Numbered from the stretch's first letter, positions 25,814 through 39,414 are shown. The stretch is DNA of 64,000 bases from Phycisphaerae bacterium (GCA_963675745.2 CAXXWX010000006.1:192001-256000); one strand, 5' to 3'. The notes: generated by a model from the letters alone, not told the origin. Made by a program: numbers and translations.

Positions 25814-28195
25814 TCAACCTGCCAGCGCGACGACGAAGGGGTCGATGTCGCCATTGTTCACCAGACCGTCACCGTCGATGTCGGCGTTGTGACAGCCTGG
25901 ATAGGCGTCTGCGTAAGCGGCGTAGTCGGTCAGCGCCAGCAGGAAGGGGTCGATGTCGCCGTTATTCACGAGGCCATCGCAATTCGTGTCGCCGACCAGA
26001 TAACCTGTCCCGCCTTCGTCGGCGCCGGCGTCGTAGTTCTGCTGCACTTCAGCGGGGCTGAGCGCCCGGTCGTAGATCGCGACGAGACGATACTCACCCA
26101 GCCACGGACGCGTCAGCGGATACTCATCACCCAACAGCAGCCGATCGACCTCAGTGGCATCCCACGTCGAAAAATCGCCCGTCTTCGTGCCGCTGGCCAC
26201 CGGGACCGCGGAGATGTAAATGGTCTCGCTGCCCGTCCATTCGCGGGTATAGACCACGTGCTGGATAGTCGGCACGGCGGAGCCTGGGGGCGTCTCCAGG
26301 CCCGGCGAGCCGGTGGTGTCGGTCTCCGAGGTGCGGAGTTTCACGTCGTAGCAATTGCCGAGTGACTCATCATCACGGCCGTGGCCGAGCGTGAAGTTGC
26401 GCCCGTTGGCCGAACGTGAGAACGTGACTATACGCCCGGGGCCCTCCTGGTATTCGAGCGCCGGCACAATCCACGCTTCGATGGTGAGTTCATTTGTGGC
26501 CTGGCAGTATGTGGCGATTTTCGCAGCAGCCCCCGCCGTACATGCCCGCGCCCCGTCGAACCTGAGCCCCCCAGTCGTCCAGGTGACATCCGCCGGTTCG
26601 TTGATCGTCAAATGGAGCGGCGTTCCGACACCCGATACGTCGTGTACGATGGTCCCGTCAGCCTCTTCGAAGTCGTACATGGCCACCAACCCGTCGAACA
26701 CGCGATTCCACGCCCAGTAGGTAAACTCGACCGAGGAGTCTGGCGCGATGATGTTCGGCGGTGTGGCCTGGTCGTAGATATTGTTGACGGTCAACGTGTA
26801 TGTGGCGCCGGGTGACAGCGGCGAGACAGTGAGCGCGACAATCGACTCATCAACCTGTTGCACCGCGGCCGCGACGGTCACGCCGCCATCAATCACGTAG
26901 TTGCCGGCCACGGCGGCCGAAGTGGGATCGATCGGTTCCGAGAAATAGACCATGACCTCTGTTGGTGCGCCAAAGGAAGACGCCGCGTCCAGGCGGGGAG
27001 GAATCTGGTCGGTGTAGGGGGAGCCGGTCCAATTGGCGTACAGGAAGGGGTTGCCGAAGAGGTTGTTTCCCGACAGCTCTTTGTGGATGTCGCGGTCGGC
27101 GTAGCGCTGATGAATGGCGACCGAGTTTTCGCGCGTATCAAGCAGGTATTTCCATGATTCGCCCAGGTACCAGCCATCACGCATCTGTTCGGTGATGTAG
27201 TTCATACCCTCGGTGCCGTAGCTCCAGCTTGTGCCGCTTGCGGCCTGGCCGGCGCCGGGGCCAAAGGCATATGCGACCGCGATATTGGTGTTGCCGGCGC
27301 TCGCGCCTTCGGCGTAAATGAAATCGCCGCTGTGACACCCGTAGATATGGGCGATCAGCGGTCCGGTGCCGGGCGCGGCCGCCATCACTACGCTGGAATA
27401 CAGGTTGCTGGACGGAATCCCGGTATCCCACTGCTGCAATGTGCTGCTGGCGTGACTCCAGAAGTGGATTATGTCGTAGCTCTGACTGAATATCTGCGCG
27501 CTGAGTTCGGTGCAGTCGACCAGGTCACTGCCCTCGCCGTCGGTTCCGACATTTGCCGAGCCGTAGATGTCCACCAACGCGGGCATGGAGGGAATCGTGC
27601 CGCCCCAGAAGTTACCGTCGTAGTCACTATGACAGGCGACGTAGGCCTGCTTTGTGACGGTGAAGTCGCCCATGTAATAGTCGTGGATCTCGTCGAGCAA
27701 CGCGTTCAGATAGCCGGCGCTGTCCATGATCGGCGGGCGCATCCAGCAGGACCAGATTTCCGGGCCATCGAGCGTGCCCCAGTCGTGGTAGTCGTACCAG
27801 CCATCGCTGTTCAGATCGGTGAACAGGCCGTCGAGGTCTTCGTAAAAGAACGACAAGATGCCCTTGTTGGTACCGAAGGCGGGGTCTTGTTCCCACAAGG
27901 CGTAGGGAATGTGACCGGCCAGGATCACACCGTCTAGCCCGGTGGTGGACCATTCGCTCTGAAGGTATGCCCGAATGTCTTCGGGAGACTGACTTTCAAA
28001 GCTGCCGGTGTGGATTTCCAGGTCGACGGGGAAGCGCGCTTCGACTTCGCCCGCGTAGCGCAGAAGCCGAGTATCGACCTGGTTGTAGAGCGTCTGGTCG
28101 ATCAACAGAATGACCCGGTCGTTGACAGCGAAGGCCGCGGTTGCTGATAGCAGGATCAGCGCGACAGCCACGCCGTGGACGTTCTTCACACTCAC
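25814..28195 (-). CDS. Secreted protein: C25/gingipain-like domain, Ig-like domain, LamG domain and C-terminal dockerin-like domain
   Basis: Signal peptide; EDIRAYLQ...DGVILAGHIP, FYEDLDG, GPEIW, FWSH...YGC, NLFGNP; LTIEAWI (LamG); GDTNCDGLVNNGDIDPF duplicated motif. Confidence 0.72.
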   Translation of the reverse strand: MSVKNVHGVAVALILLSATAAFAVNDRVILLIDQTLYNQVDTRLLRYAGEVEARFPVDLEIHTGSFESQSPEDIRAYLQSEWSTTGLDGVILAGHIPYALWEQDPAFGTNKGILSFFYEDLDGLFTDLNSDGWYDYHDWGTLDGPEIWSCWMRPPIMDSAGYLNALLDEIHDYYMGDFTVTKQAYVACHSDYDGNFWGGTIPSMPALVDIYGSANVGTDGEGSDLVDCTELSAQIFSQSYDIIHFWSHASSTLQQWDTGIPSSNLYSSVVMAAAPGTGPLIAHIYGCHSGDFIYAEGASAGNTNIAVAYAFGPGAGQAASGTSWSYGTEGMNYITEQMRDGWYLGESWKYLLDTRENSVAIHQRYADRDIHKELSGNNLFGNPFLYANWTGSPYTDQIPPRLDAASSFGAPTEVMVYFSEPIDPTSAAVAGNYVIDGGVTVAAAVQQVDESIVALTVSPLSPGATYTLTVNNIYDQATPPNIIAPDSSVEFTYWAWNRVFDGLVAMYDFEEADGTIVHDVSGVGTPLHLTINEPADVTWTTGGLRFDGARACTAGAAAKIATYCQATNELTIEAWIVPALEYQEGPGRIVTFSRSANGRNFTLGHGRDDESLGNCYDVKLRTSETDTTGSPGLETPPGSAVPTIQHVVYTREWTGSETIYISAVPVASGTKTGDFSTWDATEVDRLLLGDEYPLTRPWLGEYRLVAIYDRALSPAEVQQNYDAGADEGGTGYLVGDTNCDGLVNNGDIDPFLLALTDYAAYADAYPGCHNADIDGDGLVNNGDIDPFVVALAG

Positions 28196-28349
28196 CAGCG
28201 ATCCTCCGCACGGGGCCGCCGCGGTCGGTGGCGGCGCGGCGCATAAACGGTTTCACCTCCCTTATATCACAACGGCATCCGCCATTGCAATCAGTATGTG
28301 GCTGGTGCGCATGATCTGGCCGGTATGCGCCGCAGTGATGTACGTCGGC

Positions 28350-30578
28350 TTACGGAACAAGCTGCCTGGCCAACTCGGCCGGCGATGTCACCGGCTTTTG
28401 GCAGACGTTGTTCCGGCAGACATAAGCCGCCGGTTTGCCGGCGACCATCTCGCGCGATTCGAACAGCGGCGACGAGATCGCGGCGTCGGCGGTGGCGGGA
28501 TTGCGCAGCAGCACGACGTTGTTGGGAACGTATTGCTTGCGTACGACCTCCAGCAGCGCCCGCGTTTGAGCGTCTTGGGGATCGCCGATGACGACGATCT
28601 CCAACGCGCCGGCCAGGGCGAAATCGATGCCTGACATGAAACACTCGCCGGCGCCAAGGTTGCCGGCCAACCGCGGGCCGAACAACGCAACCATGCGTTC
28701 CGCCCGGGCCCGCAGCCCCGAGTCGCCGAGCATGGCGGACAGGCGCAGCAGGTTTATAAGCTGAACTGAATTGCCGCTGGGCGTGGCCCCGTCATTGACC
28801 TCTTTGCTGCGGGTCAGCAGTTGCTCGTGGTCGTCGGCGGTGAAGAAGAACCCGCCCTGCTCCTCATCCCAGAAGCGCTCGATGGCGGTGTCGTTAAGCG
28901 CTACCGCCGTGGTTAGCCAGCGCTTGTCGAACGTGGCTTCGTACAAGTCGATCAGAGCCTCGATCATGCAGGCATAGTCAGTAATAAAGGCCGTGTCGAC
29001 GGTTTTGCCGTCACGGTAGGCGCGTCGCAGCCGGCCGTCGGCGTACTGATGCGTCAGAACAAAATCCGCGGTGCGCGCGGCGGCCTGGATATATCGGGGT
29101 TCACCGAGCGCCACGCCGCCACGTGCCAGGCTGGCGATCATCAGGCCGTTCCATTCGCAAAGCACCTTGGTGTCCAGGGCCGGCGCCACTCGTTGAGCGC
29201 GCCGCGCCAGCAATTTCCGCCGCGCAGCCTTCAAACGCAGCTCCGCCTCTGCGCGCGAGAGCCCGCGTGACTCCGCGACGGTTTGCAGCGGACGGGTCAC
29301 GTGCAGAACGTTCTTGGCCTCTCCCGGCGCGTGGGGATCCTGCCAGTTGCCGGCGTCACTCACGTTGTAGTAATCGCAGAATAGCTCGGCGTCGCCAGCG
29401 CCGAGGGCGTCCACAACCTCGGCCTTGGTCCACACATAGTACCGGCCCTCTTCATCCTCGCTGTCGGCGTCGCGTGCGCTGTAGAACCCGCCGTCGGGCG
29501 ATTGCAGATCGGCGATGACGTAGTTGAACACCTCGCGTGCCACGTCGGCGTGCCTCTGCTGGCCGGTGTACAGATACGCGTCAATATAGATGCGGCTCAC
29601 GAGGGCCTGGTCATAGAGCATTTTCTCGAAGTGCGGCACGTGCCAGCGGGGATCGGTGCTGTAGCGCGCGAAACCGCCACCCAGATGATCGCGGATGCCG
29701 CCGTTGGCCATGTGGTCGAGCGTGTTCACAACGTGGCCGACGAGCTTGTCGTGGCTGCTCTTATCGTCCTGGCGCCGCCACGCGGAGCGCAGCAGGAGCT
29801 CCAGCGCCATGCTCGGCGGGAACTTGTTGGTTGTGCCGCTGAGCAAGCCGCCATGCTCAGGATCGAAGGCGCCGGCGAGCGCGTCGGCGGCCTGGTCTAC
29901 CTGCGCCAATGTCGGCGTGTCGCCCGCCGCTTCGGTCGCCATTGAGCGCGTCAGCGCATCGGCCAGTTGATCGCCCGCACTGACGAGGTCATCCCGCTGG
30001 TCTCGCCATGCTTCGTGCAGCATCCGGCACAGGCGTTTGAAGCCCGGTCGGCCATAGCGGTCGTCGGGCGGGAAGTAGGTGCCCGCAAAGAACGGCTTGA
30101 GATCGGGCGTGAGAAAGACGCTCATCGGCCAGCCGCCATGGCCGCGCGTGTAGAGCACGGTGGCCCGCATGTATATCTCGTCGAGGTCGGGGCGTTCCTC
30201 GCGATCGACCTTGATGCACACGAAATACTCGTTCATGAGCGCCGCAATCTCGGCGTCTTCAAAGCACTCGTGGGCCATTACATGACACCAGTGGCACGCC
30301 GAGTAACCGATGCTCAGAAAGATCGGGCGATCTGTGCGGCGGGCGGCCTCGAGCGCTTCCGGCCCCCACTCGTACCAGTCCACGGGGTTATGCGCGTGCT
30401 GAAGCAGGTAGGGCGAAGTCGCATGGATCAAGCGGTTGGTGTGGGCTTGCGCCCCCGGTTGCGTGGTTGCTGCCATGTCAGCCTGCTTTCCTTCCGGGGC
30501 GCCTGCGGCCCAACAGGTTGTGAATATCGTCGCCAGCGTGGCCGGTGCGATACCGATCGAAATCCGACTGCCGTTCAT
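28350..30578 (-). CDS. Thioredoxin-domain (DUF255/YyaL/SSP411) protein
   Basis: [45 protein letters not shown] and [12 protein letters not shown] motifs. Confidence 0.92.
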   Translation of the reverse strand: MNGSRISIGIAPATLATIFTTCWAAGAPEGKQADMAATTQPGAQAHTNRLIHATSPYLLQHAHNPVDWYEWGPEALEAARRTDRPIFLSIGYSACHWCHVMAHECFEDAEIAALMNEYFVCIKVDREERPDLDEIYMRATVLYTRGHGGWPMSVFLTPDLKPFFAGTYFPPDDRYGRPGFKRLCRMLHEAWRDQRDDLVSAGDQLADALTRSMATEAAGDTPTLAQVDQAADALAGAFDPEHGGLLSGTTNKFPPSMALELLLRSAWRRQDDKSSHDKLVGHVVNTLDHMANGGIRDHLGGGFARYSTDPRWHVPHFEKMLYDQALVSRIYIDAYLYTGQQRHADVAREVFNYVIADLQSPDGGFYSARDADSEDEEGRYYVWTKAEVVDALGAGDAELFCDYYNVSDAGNWQDPHAPGEAKNVLHVTRPLQTVAESRGLSRAEAELRLKAARRKLLARRAQRVAPALDTKVLCEWNGLMIASLARGGVALGEPRYIQAAARTADFVLTHQYADGRLRRAYRDGKTVDTAFITDYACMIEALIDLYEATFDKRWLTTAVALNDTAIERFWDEEQGGFFFTADDHEQLLTRSKEVNDGATPSGNSVQLINLLRLSAMLGDSGLRARAERMVALFGPRLAGNLGAGECFMSGIDFALAGALEIVVIGDPQDAQTRALLEVVRKQYVPNNVVLLRNPATADAAISSPLFESREMVAGKPAAYVCRNNVCQKPVTSPAELARQLVP

Positions 30579-30712
30579 GCACTCCTACCGGTCGAGTCGC
30601 GGCGCGCCATCCGCGTGGCGCGCGTGGTGCGAACATGCGGCGTGAGCTTCCGCCTCCCGACTCGGGCGCGGTGGCCTTACGGGGGTTCAACGGTCGCCAC
30701 GGGGAGCGGCCG

Positions 30713-33378
<2,666 letters not shown>

Positions 33379-33399
33379 CATCCGGACGCGCGCCCGCTA

Positions 33400-33592
33400 G
33401 TGCGAGACCGCAGGTGCGAGATTCTGCCGCTGGTGCGAGATTGCGCCGCTGGTGCGAGATTCCTATCTCGCATCAGCCCGCGCGGGATTCCTCTCCCGCA
33501 TTCTCAGACTGTGGGAAGGGATTCCCGTTGAGGAACGTGCGAGAAGGGATTCTCGCACGAGCGATAGCACGAGCGTGAGCAGATTCTTGCAC
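33400..33592. repeat. Cluster of GTGCGAGA-based tandem and palindromic repeats
   Basis: 19-nt tandem ggtgcgagattNNgccgct; hairpins at 33449-33476 and 33537-33558. Confidence 0.75.
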
Positions 33593-33626
33593 GCGCGTTC
33601 CGCTGGACATCAGGAGCGATACACGC

Positions 33627-34409
33627 ATGGCAAAGATCAAGGCGGCTGATGCTCTGCTGGTGATCGACATCGGCAACACGCGCACCAGCATGGCGGTATG
33701 CGACGAAGACGGCATTCACGACGTGACGCACGTGCCGACCGCCGATCCCGATACCTGGGCGCCCGTCGTGGACCAGACGTGGAGCGCGTGTGGCGGGGCC
33801 GCGCATCGTGATATTGTGATTGCCAGCGTCGCGCCGCGCAGAACCGAGCACATGCTGGCGTGCATCGACAAGACCTGTGGCGTTGACGCGCTCGTCGTGC
33901 GCGATGATCTGCCGCTGCCGTTGGAACTGGCGATCGACAACCCACGCGAAGTCGGCGTTGATCGCATCTGCTGCGCCGCCGCGGCGTATGAGCGCACTCA
34001 TTCCGCGTGCGCTGTTGCTTCGCTGGGGACCGCCACGACGATCGACTGCGTTTCCGCCGACGGCCGGTTTCTCGGTGGCGCGATCCTTCCGGGTGTGGAG
34101 ATGTGCTTTGACATGCTGTGCGAGCGCACCGAGCAGTTGCCACGCGCCGCTTACACCGCGCCCGAGCGTCCCTTCGGCCGCAACACGCTCGAAGCGATCA
34201 ACTGCGGCGTCGTGTATGGCACGCTGGGGGCCCTGCGCGAAATCGTGGAAAGATTCGCCACCGAGCTGAGTGAGTGGCCGCGCCTGGTGGTCACCGGCGG
34301 TAACGCCCCCGTCATAAGCCGGCTTTCGGATTTCGTCGACGCGGTCGTGCCGAACTTGTGCCTGATCGGTATCGCACTAACACACCGCCGCGCATCAGAT
34401 CAGCGATGA
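33627..34409 (+). CDS. coaX: Type III pantothenate kinase
   Basis: LVIDIGNT, ASV, VGVDR, LGTATTID, GGAILPG and TGGNA motifs. Confidence 0.92.
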   Translation: MAKIKAADALLVIDIGNTRTSMAVCDEDGIHDVTHVPTADPDTWAPVVDQTWSACGGAAHRDIVIASVAPRRTEHMLACIDKTCGVDALVVRDDLPLPLELAIDNPREVGVDRICCAAAAYERTHSACAVASLGTATTIDCVSADGRFLGGAILPGVEMCFDMLCERTEQLPRAAYTAPERPFGRNTLEAINCGVVYGTLGALREIVERFATELSEWPRLVVTGGNAPVISRLSDFVDAVVPNLCLIGIALTHRRASDQR

Positions 34410-35575
34410 GCAGCCCGGAATCACAGCCAACCAGCTTCTTCCAGCGTCTGACAGCCCCCGGACCAGCGGCGATCGCGGTCGTGCGCATGTGCGGTCCGGC
34501 GGTGAGCTTGTTTGTCCGCGACCGGCTGTGCCTGCGCCGTGAGTTGGCGGCGGCCACGCATCCGCCGGGCAGTGTCGTTCGTGGGCGGTTGCTCGACGAG
34601 ACGCGTGAGCCGATCGACGAGATTCTGCTATCGGTACACGCCGTCGAACCGGCGTGGGACATCCGCTTGCACCTGCACGGGAGCCCGTTTCTTGTGCGTC
34701 GTTGCGAGGAGCTGTTGTGCGCGGCCGGCTTTCGGAGCGCGCCTCCCGCGGAGGCCGATCTCTGGCAGGCGGATGATCTCATCACGTCCGAGGCCTACGC
34801 CCTGCTGGCCGAGATGCCGACTGAGCGGGGCTGCTGTTGGCTGTTGGGGCAGGTGGCGCGGCTGCGCAACACGCTGGGGGAATTGGGCGTTCAATCGTCG
34901 TTCGACGCAGCGCGAGCCGAGTGCCGGGAGATCGCGGCGCGGATCTACCGTGTCGGTTGGTTTACAACGCCGTTGCGGGTCGCACTGGTTGGCCCGCCCA
35001 ACTCCGGCAAGAGCACGCTTGCGAACGCGCTGGCCGATCATCCGGTGAGCCTGGTCTCGCCGCAGGCGGGCACGACGCGCGATTGGGTGGAAGTCCCCGG
35101 CGAGGCCGCGGGTTATCCGCTGACGTGGCTCGATACCGCCGGCCTGCGCAGTACGGCGGACTCGATCGAGTCGGAGGGCGTGGCCCGCACGCTGCGCCTG
35201 ATGGAGCAAGTTGACGCCGTCGTCATCGTGCTGGACCGCTCGGCCCCGGCGGCGGTGAATCAGGAGGCCCTGCGATTGTGCGGCGCGAGCTCCGCCGACA
35301 CGGCCCTGATCGCGTGGAACAAGTCAGACATCGGCGGTTCCGCGGGCGACGGACTGAGTATTGACCTGACCGGGGTCGAAGTATCCGCCGTTAACCGCAC
35401 CGGGCTGGATGAGCTGGCGGACCGGCTACTGGAGAAGGTGGGGCGTTCGGGGGAGGCGCTTGACAGCGCGACGGCGTTTACAGCGCGGCAGGCCGCGCTG
35501 CTGGAGGGTGCAGCCGGGGCCGCCGATCGAGAGCGCTTCCGGGCCGGGCTGGCCGCCTGCTTGGGCCCGGCGTAG
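34406..35575 (+). CDS. MnmE/TrmE-like GTPase (short, atypical)
   Basis: TAPGPAAIAVVR, LHGS, GPPNSGKS, GTTRD, DTAG and NKSD motifs; no terminal FCIGK. Confidence 0.78.
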   Translation: MSSPESQPTSFFQRLTAPGPAAIAVVRMCGPAVSLFVRDRLCLRRELAAATHPPGSVVRGRLLDETREPIDEILLSVHAVEPAWDIRLHLHGSPFLVRRCEELLCAAGFRSAPPAEADLWQADDLITSEAYALLAEMPTERGCCWLLGQVARLRNTLGELGVQSSFDAARAECREIAARIYRVGWFTTPLRVALVGPPNSGKSTLANALADHPVSLVSPQAGTTRDWVEVPGEAAGYPLTWLDTAGLRSTADSIESEGVARTLRLMEQVDAVVIVLDRSAPAAVNQEALRLCGASSADTALIAWNKSDIGGSAGDGLSIDLTGVEVSAVNRTGLDELADRLLEKVGRSGEALDSATAFTARQAALLEGAAGAADRERFRAGLAACLGPA

Positions 35576-35640
35576 CCGTACGCCTCCCGAATTGCGCCTT
35601 GTCCGCGGGCCCTGACCGCCGATATAGTGGTGTGGCACGT

Positions 35641-36984
35641 ATGCCCCAAGGCAGACGAGGTGTGTACCCGCCGACGCCTGGGAAGCTGGAGACTCCACCG
35701 TTGTACGCACTGCTCGGGGGTTTGGCCGGGCTGGCCATTCTGAGCCTCTACGCCTCCACGCTCACCAACATACTCCGGTCGTATTCGCGGGCGCGGCTTT
35801 CTGACTGTCTGGGTTCGGACAAGCAACGGCACTGGCTCGATTGGCTCGATCACCACGAGGGACCGCTCATCGTCGGGATGAGCTTCTTTCGAGTTGCCTG
35901 CAACCTGGCCATCGTCGTCCTGATTATCGGGTGGTATGTCACGCCCGCCGACGCCACCCCGCGCTGGCTGGATCTGCTTATCCCGACCCTGCTGGCGCTG
36001 GTGTTACTGACCCTGCTGAACATCGGTCTCGGGCACGCTCTCGCCGTGCATGTTGGTGAGTATCTGTTGGCGCGCAGTTTGCCCGTCCTCGCCGCACTGC
36101 GACTTGCGCTCTGGCCGGTTGCACAGGTGTTGATGGGGTTTGAATTTGTGGTGCGGCGGCTGCTGGGCAAGAGCGAGTCAACTCCGGAGCAGGCCAGCGA
36201 GCGTGTTGAGGAGGAGATTCTTGACGCCGTGTCCGAGGGCAAGGCCGCCGGCGCGGTTGATGAAGAGCAGGAGGACATGATTGAAGCCGTGTTTGCCCTG
36301 CACGACACGGCCACCAGTGCGATCATGACACCGCGCACCGACATTATTGCATTTGAAGCCGATGCGTCGCTCGATGAGATCCGCAAGCTGGTCGTCGGTG
36401 CGGGGCACTCGCGCATCCCGGTGATTGAAGATTCGCTCGACGAGATCATCGGAATTCTATATGTCAAAGACCTGGTTTCGCTGTTGCCGGACGAGGCCTT
36501 TGATGCGCGCAAGCTGATGCGCCCCGTGCTGTACGTACCGGAGGCCAAGACGATCAATGAGCTGCTGCGCGAGTTTCGGCAGAAGAAAGTGCATATGGCG
36601 GTCGTGCTCGATGAGTATGGCGGAACGGCGGGGTTGGTGACGATCGAGGATATCCTGGAGGAGCTCGTCGGCGAGATTGACGACGAATACGACGCGTCCA
36701 CGCCGCCACCGATCAGCCGCATAGACGCCAACACGCTCGAAGTCGACGCGCGCGTACACGTCTCTGAGGTCAACGATGAGCTCGAAGACCTTGAAGTGGA
36801 ACTACCCGAGGATGGTGACTACGAGACTATCGGCGGGTTCATTTTCGCCGCACTCGGCAAGATACCGGCCGTCGGTGAGGAAGTCGCACACGAGAACATC
36901 CACATCAAGGTGGTATCCGCCGAACAGCGCAAGATCAACCGCGTACGAATCCACGTGATCAACACGGAACGCCAGTCGGCGTAA
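35641..36984 (+). CDS. Hemolysin-family CNNM/CBS/CorC protein (start uncertain, possibly TTG at 35701)
   Basis: N-terminal TM helices; IMTPRTDI, GHSRIPV, AVVLDEYGGTAGLVTIEDILEELVGEI and YETIGGF motifs. Confidence 0.9.
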   Translation: MPQGRRGVYPPTPGKLETPPLYALLGGLAGLAILSLYASTLTNILRSYSRARLSDCLGSDKQRHWLDWLDHHEGPLIVGMSFFRVACNLAIVVLIIGWYVTPADATPRWLDLLIPTLLALVLLTLLNIGLGHALAVHVGEYLLARSLPVLAALRLALWPVAQVLMGFEFVVRRLLGKSESTPEQASERVEEEILDAVSEGKAAGAVDEEQEDMIEAVFALHDTATSAIMTPRTDIIAFEADASLDEIRKLVVGAGHSRIPVIEDSLDEIIGILYVKDLVSLLPDEAFDARKLMRPVLYVPEAKTINELLREFRQKKVHMAVVLDEYGGTAGLVTIEDILEELVGEIDDEYDASTPPPISRIDANTLEVDARVHVSEVNDELEDLEVELPEDGDYETIGGFIFAALGKIPAVGEEVAHENIHIKVVSAEQRKINRVRIHVINTERQSA

Positions 36985-37029
36985 CCGCCGTACACACCGA
37001 TCAATCTCCGCGCCAGTCGAGGCCGCACT

Positions 37030-39414
37030 CTACGGCGCGTTCAACAACTCGACAAACGCGTCAATGTCACCGTTGTTAATTGCACCGTCGTCGTTGCAGT
37101 CGGCGAGCCAGCGGTCGCAGTCTGGGTACGCGATCAGATAGCCGAGTGGGCTGGTGATAGCCAGCACGAAGGGGTCGATGTCGCCGTTGTTGACCAGGTC
37201 GTCGCAATTGAGATCGCCGAGTAGCACTACGGGGCACTGGTTCAGCAGCACCGAGATGTAGTCGTCGTAACCACCGTCAGCGACAACCAGATCGGCTGCC
37301 TCGTCACCGTTCAGGTCACCAATCGCGACGGAGGAGGCTGAGCCGGCACTGGCGTAATTCAGCGCGTCGGCGAACGTTCCATCGCCGACACCCAGCAGCA
37401 CCGAAACACTGCCGCCCCCCGCCACGGCCAGGTCGGGCACTTCGTCACCGTCCAGGTCGCCGATCGCGACGGACTCGGGCCAATAGCCGCTGGCGTAGTT
37501 CACCGCCCCGCCGAACGTGCCATCGCCAAGACCCAGCAGCACCGAGACGCTGTCGCCGCGGTTGTTCGCAACGGCCAGGTCGGGCACCTCGTCGCCGTCC
37601 AGGTTGCCGATTGCGACGGAGCAGGGTCGATCGCTGGTGGCATAGTTGACCGCCCCGCCGAACGCCCCGCCGCCGAGACCCAGCAGCACCGAAACGCTGT
37701 CGTCCCACGCGTTCGCGACGACCAGGTCGGGCACCTCGTCAGCGTCCAGGTCACCGATCGCGACGGAGTACGCGCCATCACCGGCACCGTAGTTCACCGC
37801 GCCCGCAAACGTCCCGTCGCCGACGCCCAGCAGCACCGAGACGTTATCGTCGGCCGCGTTCGCTACGGCCAGGTCGGGCACTTCGTCTTCGTCGAGGTTA
37901 CCGATCGTCACGGAGCGGGAATCGCCACCAGCGGGGTATTGCGTCGCGGCGAAAAAGAGGCCGTTGCCGGCGCCGAGCAGCACCGAGACGCCTCCTGTGA
38001 TGTCTGGGTAGTAATTGGGATCCGACTCGGCGACAGCCAAATCGGGAATCTGGTCGCCGTTCAGGTCGCCGATCGCGACCGAGTGCGGGTACTCGCAGGC
38101 GGCCCAGTCCAGCGCGCCAAGAAACGTCCCGTCGCCCGCCCCCAGCAACACCGAGACGCTGTCGCTCTCGTTGTTCGCGACGGCGAGGTCGGGCACCTCG
38201 TCGCCATCCAGGTCGCCGATCGCCACGGCTTGGGGGTATTCGCCGACGCCGTTGTGCAGCGCCGCGACGAACGCTCCGTCGCCGACCCCCCGCAGCACCG
38301 TGACGGCGTCGGAGGATATGTTCGCGACGACCAATTCGGGCGCCTCGTCGCCATCCAGGTCACCGATCGCCACCGACTCAGGCCCGGCGCCGGCGCCGTA
38401 GTTCACGGCACCGGCGAAAGTCCCGTCACCGACGCCCCGCAGCACCGAGACGCTGTTGCTGGACCCGTTCGACACGGCCAGGTCGGGCACCTCGTCACCG
38501 TCGAGGTCGCCGATCGCCACGAATCCGGCGTACTTGTCGCTCGCGTAGTTCGCCGCCGCGACGAACGTCCCGTCGCCGATCCCCAGCAACACCGAGACGC
38601 AGTCGTCATATGCTGGGAACGTGCCGAAGTTGGCGGTGGCCAGGTCGGGAACCTCATCGCCGTTCAGGTCGGCGATCGCCACAGAGGCGGGTGATTGGCC
38701 CACGCCGTAGTCGACGGCCGCGATGAACGTCCCGTCACCGACACCCAGCAGTACGGACACATTGTCGTCACCGTTGTTCGCCACGACCAGGTCGGGTACC
38801 TCGTCGGCATCCAGGTTGGCGATCGCGACGGACTCGGGCCATTGACCGGTACCGTAGTCCACCGCCGCGCCGAACGTGCCGTCACCAATGCCCAGCAGCA
38901 CCGAGACGTCGCCGTCGAGCCAGTTCGCCACGACCAGGTCGGGCGCTTGGTCGCCGTTCAAGTCGCCGATCGCGACTGAGTACGCGCCACCACCAGCGTC
39001 GTAGTTCACGGCGTTGGCAAAGGTGCCGTCGCCGATGCCCAGCAGCACCGAGACGTTACCGCCGTAATTCGCCACGGCCAGGTCTGGCACCTCATCGCCG
39101 TTCAGGTCGCCGAGCGCCACGGCGTTCGGAGACGAACCGGCGTCATATCGAACCGGCGCGCCAAACGTGCCGTCGCCGGCGCCCAGCAGCACCGAGACGC
39201 CCTCGTCGTATGTCGGGTACCCGCCGGTGTTGGCTGCGGCCAGGTCGAGCAGCTCGTCGCCGTTCAGGTCGCCGATCGCGATGGAGCGTGGATAATCGCC
39301 GGCGGCGAATTGCCGGCCGGGAAACAGCGTACAGTCGCCCAGCGCCAGGTTGCTCCAGATCAACCCCAGCGCCACTGACATGCCGATACGAAGTCGTAGG
39401 TAGTGAGTGAACAT
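37030..39414 (-). CDS. Secreted FG-GAP/VCBS repeat protein (14 repeats) with C-terminal dockerin-like domain
   Basis: GGAGGA RBS before ATG at 39414; 14 copies of VAIGDL(N/D)GDEVPDLAVAN...VSVLLG.GDGTF; tail GDLNCDDLVNNGDIDPF. Confidence 0.88.
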   Translation of the reverse strand: MFTHYLRLRIGMSVALGLIWSNLALGDCTLFPGRQFAAGDYPRSIAIGDLNGDELLDLAAANTGGYPTYDEGVSVLLGAGDGTFGAPVRYDAGSSPNAVALGDLNGDEVPDLAVANYGGNVSVLLGIGDGTFANAVNYDAGGGAYSVAIGDLNGDQAPDLVVANWLDGDVSVLLGIGDGTFGAAVDYGTGQWPESVAIANLDADEVPDLVVANNGDDNVSVLLGVGDGTFIAAVDYGVGQSPASVAIADLNGDEVPDLATANFGTFPAYDDCVSVLLGIGDGTFVAAANYASDKYAGFVAIGDLDGDEVPDLAVSNGSSNSVSVLRGVGDGTFAGAVNYGAGAGPESVAIGDLDGDEAPELVVANISSDAVTVLRGVGDGAFVAALHNGVGEYPQAVAIGDLDGDEVPDLAVANNESDSVSVLLGAGDGTFLGALDWAACEYPHSVAIGDLNGDQIPDLAVAESDPNYYPDITGGVSVLLGAGNGLFFAATQYPAGGDSRSVTIGNLDEDEVPDLAVANAADDNVSVLLGVGDGTFAGAVNYGAGDGAYSVAIGDLDADEVPDLVVANAWDDSVSVLLGLGGGAFGGAVNYATSDRPCSVAIGNLDGDEVPDLAVANNRGDSVSVLLGLGDGTFGGAVNYASGYWPESVAIGDLDGDEVPDLAVAGGGSVSVLLGVGDGTFADALNYASAGSASSVAIGDLNGDEAADLVVADGGYDDYISVLLNQCPVVLLGDLNCDDLVNNGDIDPFVLAITSPLGYLIAYPDCDRWLADCNDDGAINNGDIDAFVELLNAP

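Noticed and set aside
33400..33592. CRISPR array
   Set aside because: Units are ~19 nt and adjacent, with no unique 25-45-nt spacers, and no cas genes are in the window.
37250..39300. DNA tandem repeats read as a non-coding array or DGR template
   Set aside because: They are in-frame FG-GAP coding repeats; there is no reverse transcriptase, and I saw no adenine-specific TR/VR pair.
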